From Candidatus Poribacteria bacterium (GTDB lineage: Bacteria; Poribacteria; WGA-4E; UBA9662), in the NCBI GenBank assembly GCA_046582655.1, contig JAYGDX010000350.1, positions 1 through 12,237 of the forward strand: a stretch of 12,237 bases of DNA, read 5' to 3'. Positions 8,891 through 12,237 of the stretch are shown here, one piece after another. The number at the start of each line of letters is the position of its first letter. The first letter of the stretch is position 1. The notes under the pieces are model-generated. The model was not told the DNA's origin and did not search any database. It was given only the letters and a program-made list of their open reading frames with translations. The position numbers and the translations under genes are program-made.

Positions 8891-9682
8891 ATGATTTTAG
8901 TCACGGGTGCTGCCAGACGGCTGATGGATAAAGGATACCATGTGCTTAGCATGGACAGGGTGGATTTTGAGGATTCACCTTCGCCATTTGTGCAAGCGGA
9001 ACTTTGTGACACCGAGTGGGCAAAAGCCTTACTGACCGATGCCGAAGTGGTTATCTACATGGGCGTGATTCCTGGCCCAGGTGCTGATAGATATGAGACG
9101 TTCGAGAACAATACTATTGAGTACGTTCAATATTATGTGGGCAGCGACGAATCAGAATTTGCGTTGTGTCGTGTTCTCTTCCAGCGCGTTTGGAATGGGC
9201 TGGGCGCATGATCCAAGTGCCTTTGTGCGACTCTACCTGCCACTTGACGAGGAGCACCCAATGATGTCGTTTGAGCCTTACGACTTATCCAAGCAAATTG
9301 GCGAATGCCTCGGCGAGATGGTTACCAGAAGTACGACAATATCTATCGTTAGCCTTCAATTCACGAACGTCGTCTCACCGGAGCAACAAGCGGAATTCCC
9401 GTTGGATGCTCCGACGCTGGAAATCCCACGAACGCTGGTCCGTGAGATGTGGCTGAAGCACACGTTTTGGGGCTTGAAGCAGACATCTCTGGACACGAAG
9501 CATTTCTGCTCACCCAACCGACAACACGATTCCAGGAATCGACAATCGACTTGATTCAACAAAATTTCGGTAATAGGGTTGAGATTCGCGGCAAACTTGA
9601 AGGAAATGTGAACGTGATTAGCACAGCAAAATCGCAACGGATACTTAGATTCAATCCCAGACCAGGTTGGAGTCAGATCTAA
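8891..9682 (+). pseudogene. NAD-dependent epimerase/dehydratase (extended SDR) pseudogene
   Basis: MILVTGAA is followed directly by RRL, so the rest of the GxxGxxG loop is missing. Frameshift at ~9113, then VVFSSSAFG and YDLSK (YxxxK). A second break at ~9440 has TGA in place of the R of RDVAEAH. The C-terminus ISTAKSQRILRFNP ends at 9682. Confidence 0.85.
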
Positions 9683-9684
9683 AC

Positions 9685-9861
9685 CCGCACTCAAAGGCTT
9701 TAGGTGTGACAGAGGCATTAGGGGAAATAGGATCAGTAGATGCCGTACTTGACCTGATACAAGCATTGCAAGATCCAGAGGTTCATGCAGCAAGAGCATT
9801 GGGGCAGATAGCCACACCTGAAGCACTAGAAACAGTCAAGAAATATGAATCCCGACAATAA
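9685..9861 (+). pseudogene. C-terminal fragment of a HEAT-repeat (PBS lyase-like) protein
   Basis: TEALGEIGSVDAVLDLIQALQDPEVHAARALGQIATPEALE has the AxxALGxIG...L..AL.D periodicity. There is no credible start or RBS. Confidence 0.75.
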
Positions 9862-9972
9862 TATTCCGAAACACGTTTACCAGACACACAACTGAGAGGT
9901 CTTAATTGTTGAAGAACAAGAAACGGTGGCGCAGACCGGGTATATAATAGTCTTCCACAGCGTAATGTATTA

Positions 9973-10881
9973 CTACAGTTTTGCATTGCCACTCGTGGCA
10001 ATGGCAGCCCGGTATTTACCATTAGCATCCCACCCAAGGTACCGGTCCTCGAAATCGCGAAGCGTATGCTCAGTGTAATACGGATGGCCGACGGGTGGGA
10101 AGTGGAAAAGTTCTCGGGTGCTAGGAGCCAGGCTGCCAATGAAGTACGTGAAATCCGGGTTGCTCCCCGACATCACGTACTCCGACTGCCCTTCCCAAGG
10201 GTGGTCACGCCGGCCCCACCGCACGGTAAAGACGTATCGCTCGCCACTTGTCTGAGTGAAGTCATTCCGCGAGTGGTAGGTGAAGATGGAGAAGACAGCC
10301 AGCGAACCGGCTGGCCCCGTAACCTTGTGTTCGTCCCCTACCACTCGCGGGCCGTCGTCGCCCCATTGGGTAGGCCAGAACGAGGTCGGCGCCATCTCAG
10401 GCTCGACGTCGGAAAGGTAGTACCAAAACTTGAGTTGGTTGTGGCCGCGATTCGCCCTCTTTGTCTGGAGTAGCGAGAATCCGTCCAAGTGTCGGCCTGT
10501 ACTATCCACAAATCCCGGGTAGCGAACAGAGCATCCGCTACCACGCATGCAGATTTGCCCTGTTCCTAACCAGCGTTTTGCAAGGGCGATCGTGTCTGGA
10601 TCTACAATGGCCTGGTTAAGGCACGGCTCTTCGAACGGGAAGCTGGAGCTTTGAGACGGAAAAGCGTTCGGAGCCGGGAGGCTGCCCAAAGGTGGCAGCT
10701 GCTCGGGCAGGAGATCAGACCAAGGTGGGTGGAGACGGCGCGTTGCCGCTGCCAGGGTTTTAACTCGTTCGCGGGGCAGGTAGCCTGGCAGGAGGCAAAA
10801 CCCTTTGCTGCACAGCTCGGTAAATACGCTCTCGTCCGTCAGTCGCCTTCTCGGCATCGGTCCGACCGTCTGGGCCATCAT
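9973..10881 (-). CDS. Phytanoyl-CoA dioxygenase (PhyH)-like Fe(II)/2-oxoglutarate dioxygenase, 302 aa
   Basis: GFCLLPGYL N-terminal motif, HLD (HxD), WYYLSDV, GPAGSLAVF and YHSRNDF...ERY (distal His and Arg). GGAAGGA RBS. Confidence 0.8.
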   Translation of the reverse strand: MMAQTVGPMPRRRLTDESVFTELCSKGFCLLPGYLPRERVKTLAAATRRLHPPWSDLLPEQLPPLGSLPAPNAFPSQSSSFPFEEPCLNQAIVDPDTIALAKRWLGTGQICMRGSGCSVRYPGFVDSTGRHLDGFSLLQTKRANRGHNQLKFWYYLSDVEPEMAPTSFWPTQWGDDGPRVVGDEHKVTGPAGSLAVFSIFTYHSRNDFTQTSGERYVFTVRWGRRDHPWEGQSEYVMSGSNPDFTYFIGSLAPSTRELFHFPPVGHPYYTEHTLRDFEDRYLGWDANGKYRAAIATSGNAKL

Positions 10882-11093
10882 ATCCTTCCCTTAATAATTT
10901 CATAAGATTATGTACTACGGAGTATTACCTGTGCCATTTTGAATTTAGCAGCTGTGCTGTTAGGATTAGCCCTATGAAGATGGGCAGTAAAGCAAAACAG
11001 CTTAGTTGGGTTGTGTTAATCCAATACCGTTGGCAGTATGATTTCAACATTTATAAGGGGCTCCTCTCTAGGCAGGGTAAATTCGTTTAAATA

Positions 11094-11335
11094 TCAGCTA
11101 GTGGTTTCGTTAACCCATGCAACTTTGCCCCTCAGAACCTCCTGTGAGTGTCGCATTCCGTTGTCAGTTACGTTGCAAGCAAAGGTATTAGCCCGCCGAT
11201 GGTAAGGCGAGGTATTTCCCACTGAATTGTGAATAATCAAGGGATCGACGAAGACTCAATCACCCATATCGGTTCTGGCTTCAATAAAGACTAAGCAAAA
11301 ACGGACCAAAAGAAGTCTGCGCTCGGTCGTGTACT
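11094..11335 (-). pseudogene. Decayed C-terminal fragment of a second PhyH-like dioxygenase
   Basis: 11288-11094 reads FIEARTDMGD*VFVDPLIIHNSVGNTSPYHRRANTFACNV...EVLRGKVAWVNETTS*, matching the GD.V....L..H.S..N.S...RR pattern with an internal TGA. The extension to ~11335 in another frame is tentative. Confidence 0.65.
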
Positions 11336-11919
11336 AACAACTCGTCGATTACCTAGCATAAACCAGATGCAACCATTTTGTTGGGTGGTGGCATCCAACG
11401 ATAGTATACAACTAGTCATCAATGTTTAGTTCTCTAGTTTTTTCAGTAAGAGTAGCCTTGGTACCAAGGCATAATTGCACCATACTTAAGCCACTTTCAT
11501 CAACAGTTTGCTATGGTTTCAATTCCAATATGGTTGATTAGAACCCCTCAATTTGGGGCAACATGATATAACAGACTCTTACTATCACTGCAAACTTTAT
11601 TTTTCGGTTGATCAAAATTAATCCCTTTTTTCGATGATCTCCTAAACCCTTGAAAACCTGGGAGGATGGAGTGCTATGTCACGCTGTCTTGGAAGTTGTC
11701 CTTTTGCGCTTAAAAATTATCCGACGCTTTGTATCGCCGTGGCTGACGTATTGCTTTTTCGTACGTTTCCAGCTTCTGGGCCACATCATCATCAACCCAA
11801 AATGTGAGGGTACGACTTTTCTTGTTCTGCAAAAATTAGGACCTCTCAGTAGGAAGGAATCCATTGTCGGTACCTACTAGATTGATAGCAGGGGTGCCCC
11901 GTGGTCGGGTCCTCTACAA

Positions 11920-12015
11920 ATTGACAGGGCTCATGGTCTCTGCCTTCCAGTTCATGGTGTGGTGTTGAGCAAACGCTACATCTTTACGCGAATTTGAGCC
12001 TCAAGTTTTTGGACT
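11920..12015 (-). repeat. Dispersed repeat copy E (leader plus internally deleted, frameshifted TIR codons)
   Basis: Minus strand reads aagtccaaaaacttgaggctcaa|attcgcgtaaagatgtagcgtttgctcaacaccacaccatgaactggaaggcagagaccatgagccctgtcaat (SRKDVAFAQ...HHELEGRDHEP). Confidence 0.88.
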
Positions 12016-12217
12016 TCCCAATTATAAACTTAGATTCATAAATGTTTTTGAGTCACCTATAAATGGAGATACGGCATCTTACTACGAGTTTAGCGACAAA
12101 AACAAGTTAGGGGAAGACGTGAATGTTAGCGGTGTGAACATCGCAACATGGAAAAACGACAGGATTATAAAGCAACAAATCTATATTAACGAAGACTTGA
12201 AGTACTTTTGGAAATGA
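12014..12217 (+). pseudogene. 5'-truncated SnoaL/NTF2-like gene fragment
   Basis: Open frame LPNYKLRFINVFESPINGDTASYYEFSDKNKLGEDVNVSGVNIATWKNDRIIKQQIYINEDLKYFWK* has no upstream start. GDTA...SGV.I..W....I..Q.IY resembles the NTF2-like C-terminal strands. Confidence 0.55.
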
Positions 12218-12237
12218 AAAAGACTATTATATAGCAG

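Noticed and set aside
9356..10905. ORFs 9356-9826(-), 9783-10139(-), 10066-10473(+), 10651-10905(+)
   Set aside because: They overlap better-supported epimerase, HEAT and PhyH frames.
11410..11563. Possible transposase N-terminal remnant on the minus strand (MLPQIEGF*STILELKP*...KATLTEKTRELNIDD*)
   Set aside because: Only a vague resemblance; no DDE or other diagnostic motif and no terminal repeat identified.
11650..11880. Overlapping ORFs 11650-11880(+) and 11679-11864(-)
   Set aside because: Neither has a recognisable domain, and several competing short frames exist.
1472..12015. Dispersed repeats as a CRISPR array or integron attC sites
   Set aside because: They are spaced by kilobases, variable in extent and protein-coding in origin. 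They lack RYYYAAC...GTTRRRY palindromic ends, and no cas or intI gene is present.

Overview
Accessory bacterial region. Four apparently intact, separately spaced enzyme genes all lie on the minus strand: a CehA/McbA-like PHP-fold metallohydrolase, a Cys-type sulfatase, a Gfo/Idh/MocA oxidoreductase and a PhyH-like Fe(II)/2OG dioxygenase. Between them are AT-richer spacers made of gene debris: a frameshifted DUF4838-like gene, a truncated amidohydrolase, a decayed NAD-dependent epimerase, and HEAT-repeat, PhyH and SnoaL-like C-terminal fragments. The most striking unannotated feature is a dispersed repeat of about 200 bp, present as five partial, diverged copies (about 1472-1577, 4733-4842, 6626-6719, 8570-8765, 11920-12015). 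It consists of a putative extended -10 promoter, a leader and the first ~30 codons of a TIR-domain gene (MADVFISYS.KD..FAQRLH.ELEAR), and different copies share breakpoints. A separate ~65-bp direct repeat brackets the Gfo/Idh/MocA gene. No transposase, integrase, CRISPR array, tRNA or rRNA was seen. The gene mix resembles Poribacteria-like marine or sponge-associated bacteria (inference only). All family calls come from manual motif recognition, not database searches.
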